The notes beneath the pieces are model-generated. The model was not told the DNA's origin. It made no database searches and saw only the letters and a list, made by a program, of their open reading frames with translations. The position numbers and the translations under genes are program-made. From Candidatus Dormiibacterota bacterium (GTDB lineage Bacteria > Chloroflexota > Dormibacteria > Aeolococcales > Aeolococcaceae), in the NCBI GenBank assembly GCA_963709585.1, contig CAVPXI010000013.1, forward strand, positions 32,001-96,000: DNA of 64,000 nt, in the 5' to 3' direction. Positions within the stretch are counted from its first letter, which is position 1, and each line of letters opens with the position of its first letter. Positions 50,049 through 58,788 of this stretch are shown one piece after another.

Positions 50049-50944
50049 CCTCTCGTGCATTCCGTGCAATGGGCACGATGAACGTCGTGGTGGTGGACGA
50101 CCCTGACGCGCTGGCGGCGGCGACCGCCGCCGCGCGCGCGGTGATCGACGCGGTCGACCGGGCATGCTCTCGGTTTCGAACGGAGTTCGGAGATCTCGAT
50201 GCTCAACAGCTCGGCAGGGTGCGGGCCGGTTCCCGTCTCGGAACTACTCGACGACGTCATCGGCAACGCCCTTTCGGCCGCCGCGGCCACCGACGGGCTG
50301 GTCGATCCCACCGTTGGTGGGCTCATGGAGCGCATCGGGTACACCGTGACCTTTGTCGACCTGCCCGGAGACGGTCCCTCGATCGATCTCCAGATCCGCT
50401 CAGCGCCAGGATGGACGAGCGTCGACCACGATCGGGTCAACCGCACGGTGACGCTCCCGGAGGGCGCGTCGATCGACCTCGGGGCGGTCGGCAAGGCCTG
50501 GGCCGCCGACCGCGCTGCCCTCGCCGCGGCGCGGCGAGCCGGCACCGGGGTGCTGGTGTCGTGTGGGGGCGATGTGGCGATGTCCGGACCGAGTCCCAAA
50601 GACGGGTGGTGCGTCAGGGTCGCCGAAGCGATCGACTTGGCCGACTGGCAGGACATCCAGGTGTTCGACGGCGGCGTTGCCACCTCTGGCACCGGCAGCA
50701 GGACATGGCGCCGTGGCGGAGAGGTCCTGCACCACATCCTCGATCCGCAACGGGACTCCCGTCGCGCTCTCCGTGGGTGATGGCCAGTGTCGCTGCCGCG
50801 TCGTGTACTCAGGCCAACGCTGCTGCGACCGCCTCGATCGTGCTCGGAGAAGGTGCGCCCTCGTGGCTCGACAGCCTTGGCGTGCCAGCACGGCTTGTCA
50901 GGCGTGATGGCTCGATCGTGAGGGTAGGACCGTGGCCGGTCTGA
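50045..50944 (+). CDS. apbE: FAD:protein FMN transferase (frameshifts near 50180 and 50745)
   Basis: FRAMGT, ACSRFR, DGLVDPTVG, DLGAVGKAWAAD, GGDV, VATSG, HHILDP, ANAAATA spread over three frames. Confidence 0.88.
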   Translation: MTSRAFRAMGTMNVVVVDDPDALAAATAAARAVIDAVDRACSRFRTEFGDLDAQQLGRVRAGSRLGTTRRRHRQRPFGRRGHRRAGRSHRWWAHGAHRVHRDLCRPARRRSLDRSPDPLSARMDERRPRSGQPHGDAPGGRVDRPRGGRQGLGRRPRCPRRGAASRHRGAGVVWGRCGDVRTESQRRVVRQGRRSDRLGRLAGHPGVRRRRCHLWHRQQDMAPWRRGPAPHPRSATGLPSRSPWVMASVAAASCTQANAAATASIVLGEGAPSWLDSLGVPARLVRRDGSIVRVGPWPV

Positions 50945-50961
50945 CATCGGGGCCGGGCTTG

Positions 50962-51972
50962 ATGCTCGCGTCGTTTTCAACCAACCCCAGCCCGCTGTGG
51001 TTTGCCACGCGCGGCGCCGGCGTGATGACGCTCGTCTGTCTGACCGGGGTGGTGATCCTGGGGATCTCAACATCGCTCCGGGTCACGGGTGGGCGCTCAC
51101 CGCGCTTCGTGATCGCGGCACTGCATCGCAACTTCGCGCTCTTCACGATCCTGCTCCTGGCGGTACACATCGCGACATCGGTTCTCGACCCGTTCGCCGG
51201 GATTCGGCCCGCCGATGCGGTCGTTCCGTTCAGCGGCGCGTATCGAACCTTCTGGCTCGGCCTCGGCGTCCTCGCCGCCGAAGTGCTGCTCGTGGTCACG
51301 GTGACCAGCCTCCTACGCGGGCGGATCGGGCCCCGCGTCTGGCGGATCATCCACTGGGCCGCGTATGCGTCGTGGCCGCTGGCGGTGGTGCATGGGCTCG
51401 GAACCGGCTCCGACTCCCAGGAACCGTGGATGCTCGGCCTCACCGCCGCATGCATGGCAGCGGTGCTCGTCAGCCTGGGGCAGCGCCTGCTGGTCGGACG
51501 GCTGCGCACCCTGCCGGTGCGCCTCGCAAGCGGGGTGGTCGCGGTGATGGCGACGTACGCGATCTGCGCCTGGAGCGTGGCCGGTCCGCTCCGTCCGGGG
51601 TGGGCCGTGACCGCCGGTACACCGGCGTCAATCCTCGCCTCGAAGCCGAGCGCGCCACCGATCCGTTCTGCCACGCACGGGTTCTCCGACGCCCTGATCG
51701 GCACGGTGACGAAAACATCGAGCGGCGTCGACATCGGATTACGGGACACCGTGGACACGGCGTTGACGATGGTGATCATGCCCGCCGGACCCACGGAAAC
51801 GTTGCCGCAGCTGACCGTCGCTCGCAACGCTGTGACCGTCTGCGCAAATGTGCCGGCCCGCGTGGGAGTTTCGGTTTATGCCGTCTGCAAGGGCACGCGC
51901 CTGGTCATCACCATGTTCGGGACTGGACCGTCGATCACGGGGCGTCTGGTCACCTCGGGACCCCTGGGGTGA
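50962..51972 (+). CDS. ferric reductase-like transmembrane (heme b) protein
   Basis: LWFATRGAG, ALHRN, AVHI, WRIIHWAAY, VHGLGTGSD. Confidence 0.88.
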   Translation: MLASFSTNPSPLWFATRGAGVMTLVCLTGVVILGISTSLRVTGGRSPRFVIAALHRNFALFTILLLAVHIATSVLDPFAGIRPADAVVPFSGAYRTFWLGLGVLAAEVLLVVTVTSLLRGRIGPRVWRIIHWAAYASWPLAVVHGLGTGSDSQEPWMLGLTAACMAAVLVSLGQRLLVGRLRTLPVRLASGVVAVMATYAICAWSVAGPLRPGWAVTAGTPASILASKPSAPPIRSATHGFSDALIGTVTKTSSGVDIGLRDTVDTALTMVIMPAGPTETLPQLTVARNAVTVCANVPARVGVSVYAVCKGTRLVITMFGTGPSITGRLVTSGPLG

Positions 51973-53282
51973 CCGCGACCGAGGTTCTCACTCCGCCGGA
52001 TGCACCGCCGCTCCAGTCGAAGCGTGCCGGTGGCACTCCACGCCTGCTCGCCGGACCACGGCTCGACTCCGGGGCGGAGACGCTGGTAGAGCACCGGGAG
52101 CGACTGGGCCGGCGCCCGATCGGCGGAGAGTGGCTTCTGGATGTCATCGAGCGCAGCGGCCTGCGCGGTCGTGGTGGCGCATGGTTCCCGACACACCGCA
52201 AGTGGCGCGGTGTGAGCCGGCTCGCGCTCGAGCGGGGGCCGTCGGTGGTCGTCGTGAATGCATCCGAAGGAGAACCCCTCTCGGCGAAGGACAAACTCCT
52301 GGCGGAGAAGCGGTCGCACCTCCTCATTGACGGTGCGCTGATCACCGCCGAGGCGGTGGGCGCCGATGATGTCGTCATCTATGTCTCGCGTCCGGCCCGG
52401 CGCGCAACGCGGGCGCTGCGGCAAGCCCTTGGCGAGCGCAGGCGCGACGGAGTCATGGAGCCGCATATCCGGATCATCCGCACGCAGCATCGATACGTCG
52501 CCGGTGAGTCTTCGGCGGTCGTGCGTCGTGTCAACGGAGGACCGGCGAAGCCGTCGTTCAGTCCGCCGCATCCGTCGGAGCGCGGTGTGCTCGGACGCCC
52601 CACCCTTGTACAGAACGCCGAGACGATCGCTCACGTCGCGCTGATCGCGCGGCACGGCGATGCCTGGTTTCGCGAGCGCGGTACCGCTGCAGCTCCGGGT
52701 ACGGGGCTGGTGACGCTGGCCGGCAACATTGCGCGGCCGGGTGTCTACGAGGTCGACCTCGGATCGTCACTGCTGAGTGTGGTCGGCGCCGCCGGAGGTG
52801 TGCTCTCGGCGCCGGCGGGACTCCTGATCGGTGGGTACTTCGGTACGTGGCTCGGGTCGGAGCGCGGGGCTGCGGCGACGCTCTGCCCGGAGCACGTCTC
52901 CGTCGGATGCGGCGTGATCGGCATGCTCGGCAGCGACGGGTGCGGCGTCGGCGAGTTGGCGAGGATCGTGAGCTACCTCGCCCGCGAGAGCGCCGGCCAA
53001 TGCGGGCCGTGTGTCTTCGGGCTTCGCGCCGTCGCCGAGGCCATGTCGCGGCTGGCCGCGGGCGACGCCGATCGCGGCGACCTGACCCGAATCCGTCGCT
53101 GGTCGGACCAGATCGTGGGTCGCGGAGCCTGCAACCATCCCGACGGCGCGGTCAACAACCTCCGCACCGCTCTCGATACTTTCGCAGCCGATGTCGAGCG
53201 CCACGTGAGCGGGCAGGCCTGCGCGGGGTTGGGTGCCACGCCGTTGCCTGTGCCTCCTCGCTCTCCGTTCGGATGGCGATGA
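51969..53282 (+). CDS. NuoF/HoxF-like FMN and 4Fe-4S NADH-binding subunit
   Basis: SGLRGRGGAWFP, VNASEGEP, YVAGESSA, NAET, ESAGQCGPCVFG, GACNHPDG. Confidence 0.9.
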   Translation: MTATEVLTPPDAPPLQSKRAGGTPRLLAGPRLDSGAETLVEHRERLGRRPIGGEWLLDVIERSGLRGRGGAWFPTHRKWRGVSRLALERGPSVVVVNASEGEPLSAKDKLLAEKRSHLLIDGALITAEAVGADDVVIYVSRPARRATRALRQALGERRRDGVMEPHIRIIRTQHRYVAGESSAVVRRVNGGPAKPSFSPPHPSERGVLGRPTLVQNAETIAHVALIARHGDAWFRERGTAAAPGTGLVTLAGNIARPGVYEVDLGSSLLSVVGAAGGVLSAPAGLLIGGYFGTWLGSERGAAATLCPEHVSVGCGVIGMLGSDGCGVGELARIVSYLARESAGQCGPCVFGLRAVAEAMSRLAAGDADRGDLTRIRRWSDQIVGRGACNHPDGAVNNLRTALDTFAADVERHVSGQACAGLGATPLPVPPRSPFGWR

Positions 53283-53506
53283 GCGACACTGGCCCACGTC
53301 TCCGGGTCAACCCGATTCGATGTGACGGAGCCCGGTATTGCGCCGAGATCGTGCCGGAACTCGTCGGGCTCGATGAGTGGGGCTACCCGGTCGTGTCCTC
53401 GGTTCAGATCGAGGAAGCGCGCCTGCTTCGCCTGGCGGAGCGCGCGGTCAACGAGTGCCCGCGGGTCGCGCTCCAGCTCGTCCGGCTCCGCGCCCGCGAG
53501 CGCTGA
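53279..53506 (+). CDS. ferredoxin (3Fe-4S-type)
   Basis: RCDGARYCAE...DEWGYP...ECPRVAL; ATGA overlap. Confidence 0.88.
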   Translation: MSDTGPRLRVNPIRCDGARYCAEIVPELVGLDEWGYPVVSSVQIEEARLLRLAERAVNECPRVALQLVRLRARER

Positions 53507-53508
53507 CC

Positions 53509-54249
53509 TCAGTCGTCCGGCGGCGGGGTCTGCCCGAGGCTCGGTGAGGGGTCAGAGCCACCTCCGTCGTTCCCGCTGCCTTCGGTCGGTGACGAGCTGC
53601 CGTGACCACTCGATGAGGACGGACTCTCGCTCCCATCCCCCGCGGCAGGATTCGCGCCCAAGCGGGGGGTGTCATCCTCGGTCGGGCGCGGGGTGCCGAT
53701 GGGCAGTGGCAAAGGGCTCTCCGACTCAATCCCGGATTCCTCGCTGAGCAGGGTTGCCTCGTCGAGTCGGTACCGTGACCAGAATGGCGACGACGGCTCG
53801 CCGGAAAGTGCCGTGAATGCGGCCTTGAGCTCCGTGCTGGCGTCCGCGAGGCTCTGGGCCGGATTGATTCCTCCTCTCGCATCCGCAAGGCTCGACTCGG
53901 CGAACTGGAGGTGGAGCGTCGCGTCATCCGCGCCAGGAAGCTTGAGCATCACGCCCTGGCGTGCCTCGCGTACCACGAAGAGCGCAGATCCTGGCGGTGC
54001 GTTCCATCCCGCGGCGGCGACGCTCGTAGCGGCCACGATCGTCGCCGTCGAGGCGATCACGCCTGCGCGGCCGAAACGCGGGCGAAGGCCGAAGAAGCTT
54101 CGCGCGCGAGGTCGCCGGGACGCGACGATTATCGCGTCGAGCATTGCGTCCTGCGCGCGCTCGCGAGCGTGGCGGCGGGGCGCGTGGCGGCTGCTCAGGC
54201 GCCAGGCGTCGAGCGAGGCGGAGAGCTGCGGATCGATCCAGTCGGTCAT
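53509..54249 (-). CDS. putative membrane-anchored anti-sigma factor (DUF5667-like)
   Basis: Overlaps the ECF sigma stop; one TM followed by APPGSALF.VRE; S/P-rich tail. Confidence 0.65.
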   Translation of the reverse strand: MTDWIDPQLSASLDAWRLSSRHAPRRHARERAQDAMLDAIIVASRRPRARSFFGLRPRFGRAGVIASTATIVAATSVAAAGWNAPPGSALFVVREARQGVMLKLPGADDATLHLQFAESSLADARGGINPAQSLADASTELKAAFTALSGEPSSPFWSRYRLDEATLLSEESGIESESPLPLPIGTPRPTEDDTPRLGANPAAGDGSESPSSSSGHGSSSPTEGSGNDGGGSDPSPSLGQTPPPDD

Positions 54250-54830
54250 GCTGCCCTCTTCGGGCTGAGTGCCCGGCGCAGCGACTCGAGCGCCCGGTGT
54301 TGCATGGACTTCACCGCGCCGACGGTTTTCTTCGTCGTCGAGGCAACGTCCTCCAGCGATTGATCGAGAACAAACCGGCGGATCAGGACGTCGCGCTGGT
54401 CCTCGGTGAGGTGGACCATGGCGGTGCGAACTCGGTCCGCCTCCATGTTCATCTCAGCGATAGCTCCCGGATCTGCGCCCGGGGGGCCGGCGTCGAGTGC
54501 GAGCCCACGCTGGCGACTGCCCCGACGGATGTGGTCGACGACCTTATAACGGCAGATGTGCAGGAACCATGCCTGTACCGCGGGCTCCCGCCTGTCCCGG
54601 AGCGTCTTGATCGACGTCACTGCCGCCACAAACACTTCCTGTGTCACATCTTCAGCCGCCGCGAGGTCGCCGAGGCGCGCGAGCGCATAGGCATGCACAT
54701 CGGGGTAAAAGCGCTCGAACAGAGCGTTCCACCCGTGTGCCTCGCCGCGCTGCGCGGCCTCTACCGCCTGGGTGAGACGGTTGGTCTCTGCCAGGCTCGC
54801 GCCGCCGCTGTCGGATTCATCAAATATCAA
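54246..54830 (-). CDS. ECF RNA polymerase sigma factor
   Basis: AEDVTQEVF, AWFLHICRYKVVDH, region 4 LTEDQRDVL..GAVKSMQHRAL. Confidence 0.92.
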   Translation of the reverse strand: MIFDESDSGGASLAETNRLTQAVEAAQRGEAHGWNALFERFYPDVHAYALARLGDLAAAEDVTQEVFVAAVTSIKTLRDRREPAVQAWFLHICRYKVVDHIRRGSRQRGLALDAGPPGADPGAIAEMNMEADRVRTAMVHLTEDQRDVLIRRFVLDQSLEDVASTTKKTVGAVKSMQHRALESLRRALSPKRAA

Positions 54831-55123
54831 GTCGGCTGCGATGGCCTCCGGGATACGGGTGGCAGCGTACAGGTACCGGTCCGCGCCGCGGACGGCGGCT
54901 CAAGCTGCCACTGGTGATGTTCGTTCTCATCCTCGCGCCGCCCGGGGCGGCAGACAAAGGGCGCCGCTCCGCACCTGCGCACGCTCAACCAGCGCGATGG
55001 CGTGACGCATATGGTCAACCGATTCTCCGTCGGCAGGTGCGCCTGTGACAAACGCCTCTGTCGCCGCCGCAACGGAGCTTTCAACATGCTGACATGAAAC
55101 CTATAACCGTCAGGAGTAGTGCC

Positions 55124-55405
55124 ATGACTGTATGTGTCTTCGGCAACGATGCGACAGCTGGCCGCGATCTGCGCGGCCCCATTGGGTACTTGGTAGCACA
55201 TCCCACGCTCCGCTTCACGTGCGCGGCTTCGGCGTTCACGACCAGCCTCTACGCCATCAGACACTCCGTCCGCCCCGCTACTAGCCTGAAGCGCGCCGCA
55301 TGGACGGCGCTCGCTGCCCTCACAGCCGTCGAGGGCGCCGGACTCGTCGCACTCCTTCCCCAGAGCCAGGGCTCGCCCCTGGACGGCGTGGGCGCGTCGG
55401 CATGA
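55124..55405 (+). CDS. hypothetical small membrane protein
   Basis: CAGGAG RBS before ATG 55124; ATGA overlap with the flavodoxin gene. Confidence 0.5.
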   Translation: MTVCVFGNDATAGRDLRGPIGYLVAHPTLRFTCAASAFTTSLYAIRHSVRPATSLKRAAWTALAALTAVEGAGLVALLPQSQGSPLDGVGASA

Positions 55406-55917
55406 GCATCCTCATTGCATATGCGAGTAAGCATGGCGCCACAGCTGGAATCGCCGAGCGCATCGGCGCAGCCCTGCATCTGCGCGGTCTGGAGGCATGC
55501 GTCATGTCCATTTCGGAGGTGCCGGATCTTCGGCACTATGACGCAGCCATCATCGGCAGCGCGGTCTATATGGGACGCTGGATGAAGGAGGCATCGTCGT
55601 TCGTTCGCCAACATCAAGCGGAGCTCGTGCGCGCACCGCTGTGGGTGTTCAGCAGCGGGCCTGTGGGGCCCAAGTCCTTACCCGAGGCCGCCGACCTCGC
55701 GGAGTTTCGCACTCTGCTCAACGTCATGGACGATGCCACATTTGATGGCGCCATCGACGCACAGAAGCTGTCGCTTTCGGAGCGGCTGATGGTCAAAGCG
55801 GTGCGAGCCCCATATGGCGACTACCGCAAGTGGGATCGCATCGACGAATGGGCCGGCTCGATAGCCACCTCTCTCGGCGCCTCCGCCATGCAGCACGGCG
55901 TTCAAATGGCCCGATGA
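55402..55917 (+). CDS. flavodoxin-domain protein (HemG-like)
   Basis: ILIAYASKHGATAGIAE, IGSAVYMGRW, FSSGP, GDYRKW. Confidence 0.9.
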   Translation: MSILIAYASKHGATAGIAERIGAALHLRGLEACVMSISEVPDLRHYDAAIIGSAVYMGRWMKEASSFVRQHQAELVRAPLWVFSSGPVGPKSLPEAADLAEFRTLLNVMDDATFDGAIDAQKLSLSERLMVKAVRAPYGDYRKWDRIDEWAGSIATSLGASAMQHGVQMAR

Positions 55918-55921
55918 GCCC

Positions 55922-55936
55922 ATGACTTTCGACCCT
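55922..55936. promoter_or_regulatory. DosR/DevR-like binding box
   Basis: ATGACTTTCGACCCT upstream of the DUF4389 gene. Confidence 0.55.
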
Positions 55937-56000
55937 GGCAGACGGCCGCGCTGAAGATCCACTCTCTGAGGTAGAACCTCGAGAACCAGGGAGAGCGGCC

Positions 56001-57536
56001 ATGAGTGCCCAACCATATGGAGCGACGACCAAATCTGCAGGCGGCTCGCGCGCCGGCGGTATCGCGCTTGTCATCCTCGGCAGCATCGTCGCGTTGATTG
56101 CACTCGGCCTGCTCGCCGGCGGCGGAGTGTTGATGTGGGCAGACCGAACGCAGCGTGATACTGCCGGCTACTTGACGTCTCCGAGCACCCGTCTCACGAC
56201 CGCCTCATACGCGATTGCGGCAACCGATCTCAACGTCGCCACCGATGCGCCTGGATTGCATGTCCCCAACGGGGCGCTCGGCTCGGTGCGCGTAGTGGCA
56301 ACCGCGGGCACAGCGAGCCCACTGTTCATCGGTATCGCGCCCAGCGCTGATGTGCAGCGATACCTCGACGGGGTCGCATATGACCAGCTTCAGGGATTCA
56401 TGGGGACGTCGGGAGGACCCGACTACCTGCCGCACAGTGGCGGTGCCCCTGCGTCGCCGGCTTCCCAGACCTTCTGGAAGGCGCATGTCTCCGGCAGCGG
56501 CACGCAGTCACTGACGTGGAACCCCGCAAACGGCCATTGGGCGGTCGTGCTCATGAATGCGGACGGCTCGCAGACTGTCGCCGCCGATGTGTCTGTTGGA
56601 GCAACTGCGCCATTCCTCTTCGCGCTCGCGCTTGGGGTGTTGATTGGCGGCGGCGTTGCTTTGCTGGTGGCTATCGCCCTCCTCTTCGGAGGCAGCGCCA
56701 TGTTGCGCTCTCGGGAACGGGGTCAGTCGAAAACCTGGTTGGCGCCACCCCCGTCTGCGCCAATCCCTCCGTCACCCTCCTTTGGCGCGGCGCTCCCGCC
56801 ACCGCTTGCTCCGACGGGCGTGAGCTACCCACTCCGCATCGAGGGACACCTTGATTCGACCCCAAGTCGGTGGCTCTGGTTGGTGAAGTGGATCCTCCTC
56901 ATCCCGCACTACGTCGTCCTTGCGTTTCTCTTCATGGCGGCGCTCGTGCTCACCGTGATCGCATTCTTCACGATCCTTTTCACCGGGCGGTATCCGCGTT
57001 CGATCTTCGATTTCAACGTTGGCGTTCTCCGCTGGTGGTGGCGGGTCAGCTTCTACGGCTACAGCGCACTCGGCACGGATCGCTATCCGCCGTTCACCCT
57101 CAATTCAGCAGCGGAGTATCCGGCGACCCTGGAGATTTCCTACCCAGAACGGCTGTCTCGAGGGCTCGTGCTGGTCAAGTGGTGGCTCCTCGCCATCCCG
57201 CACTATCTCGTTGTGGCGGTGCTGGTCGGTGGCACCGCGCTCGCCGTGCACGGAGCGTCGACATACTCCGCGCCGTACACGGGGCTGATCACGATATTCG
57301 TGTTTGTCGCTGCCATAGCCGTGCTGTTCACCGGGCGCTACCCACGCGGCATCTTCGACCTCGTCATGGGGCTGAACCTGTGGGTCTTCCGCGTCCTTGC
57401 ATACGTGCTTCTGCTTCGGGACGAGTACCCGCCGTTCCGGCTCGATCTGGGTGGTGATGAAACACCCGGCGCTCCTAGTGTGGAAGCACCGATGCCACCG
57501 AGCCCCTTCCGCCAACCGCACCGGCAGGGCATTTGA
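56001..57536 (+). CDS. DUF4389 domain membrane protein
   Basis: Two repeats of SR.L.LVKW.L.IPHY...FTGRYP...YPPF. Confidence 0.9.
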   Translation: MSAQPYGATTKSAGGSRAGGIALVILGSIVALIALGLLAGGGVLMWADRTQRDTAGYLTSPSTRLTTASYAIAATDLNVATDAPGLHVPNGALGSVRVVATAGTASPLFIGIAPSADVQRYLDGVAYDQLQGFMGTSGGPDYLPHSGGAPASPASQTFWKAHVSGSGTQSLTWNPANGHWAVVLMNADGSQTVAADVSVGATAPFLFALALGVLIGGGVALLVAIALLFGGSAMLRSRERGQSKTWLAPPPSAPIPPSPSFGAALPPPLAPTGVSYPLRIEGHLDSTPSRWLWLVKWILLIPHYVVLAFLFMAALVLTVIAFFTILFTGRYPRSIFDFNVGVLRWWWRVSFYGYSALGTDRYPPFTLNSAAEYPATLEISYPERLSRGLVLVKWWLLAIPHYLVVAVLVGGTALAVHGASTYSAPYTGLITIFVFVAAIAVLFTGRYPRGIFDLVMGLNLWVFRVLAYVLLLRDEYPPFRLDLGGDETPGAPSVEAPMPPSPFRQPHRQGI

Positions 57537-57557
57537 AGACACTGGGATCCAGACACG

Positions 57558-58145
57558 ATGCGAGGCCAAGTGAACACAGCGGCATGCGCCGACGCCACCG
57601 TTGATCTGTACTGGCTCCCTCTCGGCGCCGGCGGCCACTTCGTACGCTGGAATAGACGTGTTTATGAAGCGCTGATCGCACTCCGTGAGCGACGGCGGCC
57701 GCAGGATCTCTACCACTCGGCCCTGGTGGCCACGGTGGCGCAGAGCCGCTTCGTGATCGAGATGACGCCGGTCCGCGACGCCAACAGCGCTGAGCGCGGC
57801 GTGGTCGCGGAGGGGCTGTCGGCTCGCGACTGGCCGGACGGCTCCGCGTGTTTCGCTACGAGCTCCGCCCTTGGAATAATGGAGTCATCCCTGACGTCGA
57901 CGAGGCAGTCGAGAGTCCGGTGCATCTCAGCGGCGATTCGCGAGATGCCCGCCGAATCCTCGAGCTCGTGCCTGAGGTGCCGACGCTTGTGTGGGGTCGC
58001 GACGAGCTTCGCGCTGGTGAGATGTGGAACTCGAATTCGGTCGTTTCGTGGCTTCTCGTTCGCGCGGGTCTCGACAGCGACTTGATCCCGACCGCCGGCG
58101 GGAGGGCGCGCGCCTGGCTGGAAGGCCGGCCTGATTGCTGCGTAA
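57558..58145 (+). CDS. conserved hypothetical protein (frameshifts near 57815 and 58105)
   Basis: VDLYWLPLGAGGHFVR..LYHSAL / FRYELR..WGRDEL.AGEMWNSNSVVSWLL / PGWKAGLIAA* across three frames. Confidence 0.7.
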
Positions 58146-58332
58146 CGCCCGCTGCTCAAGCGGACATCGCTCAGAACCAGGTCCGTGCGATGGCGCTCAG
58201 CCCTTGCGGACGAGCGGAGTGGAGGGGGTCCGGCTGTGCCAAGCATCAGGCGGACGCGCCGCGCACCGTCAAGCATCTCTTGGACCCGCGGTGGCCAAGT
58301 ATCTGCCGGGCTCTTACACGGTCGATGGCCGT

Positions 58333-58528
58333 CAAAACTGTAAGCGCTATGTATGCGCTGGACTGCCACAATCTCTTGCTATGAGCAGCGGCATCCGGCC
58401 TCAACTGTGGGGAATGATGCCTTTTGCAGGAAAAGTCATCATTCCTGGTTAGAGCACTACACCCCGTTAGCCGGCAGGCCCCCAACGCACCGCGCAACCA
58501 CTCGTTGCGAACTCAAATTGCGCGTCCG
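58333..58528 (+). repeat. extended flank shared by att-like copies 3 and 4
   Basis: Homologous to 33930-34126. Confidence 0.85.
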
Positions 58529-58647
58529 TCGGGGAGACAGGACTCGAACCTGCGACCCCTGGTCCCCCAGACTAGTCCTCATTTCCCGATGCGTGCTGAG
58601 TTCGATTTAGAGTGGTTTTGTGGGGAATTGGTTGGAATGACGACTAG
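58529..58647 (-). repeat. att-like repeat copy 4: tRNA-Pro(GGG) 3' half plus conserved segment
   Basis: Near-identical to 24402-24520. Confidence 0.88.
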
Positions 58648-58788
58648 ATTGCGTGTTTTGGACTTCGTTGGAATCGCGTGGACATCATTGGAGGTAGTGG
58701 GCTCGTAATCGCCTCGGCGGGCGCCGGTTCGCCAGTCACGAAGGTTAGGGCGTCGCCGCATCAAATGGGCCGGCCGATCCCTTCCGCC

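Noticed and set aside
50997-51968. N-terminal extension making the NuoF-like protein 761 aa
   Set aside because: It is an off-frame read of the ferric reductase gene; the real start is GTG 51969
58246-58330. ARQILGH resembling the tyrosine-recombinase LGH motif next to copy 4
   Set aside because: No HxxR upstream and no catalytic Tyr downstream; too short to support an integrase remnant
24402-58647. CRISPR array
   Set aside because: Repeats are 119 bp and kilobases apart; no cas genes
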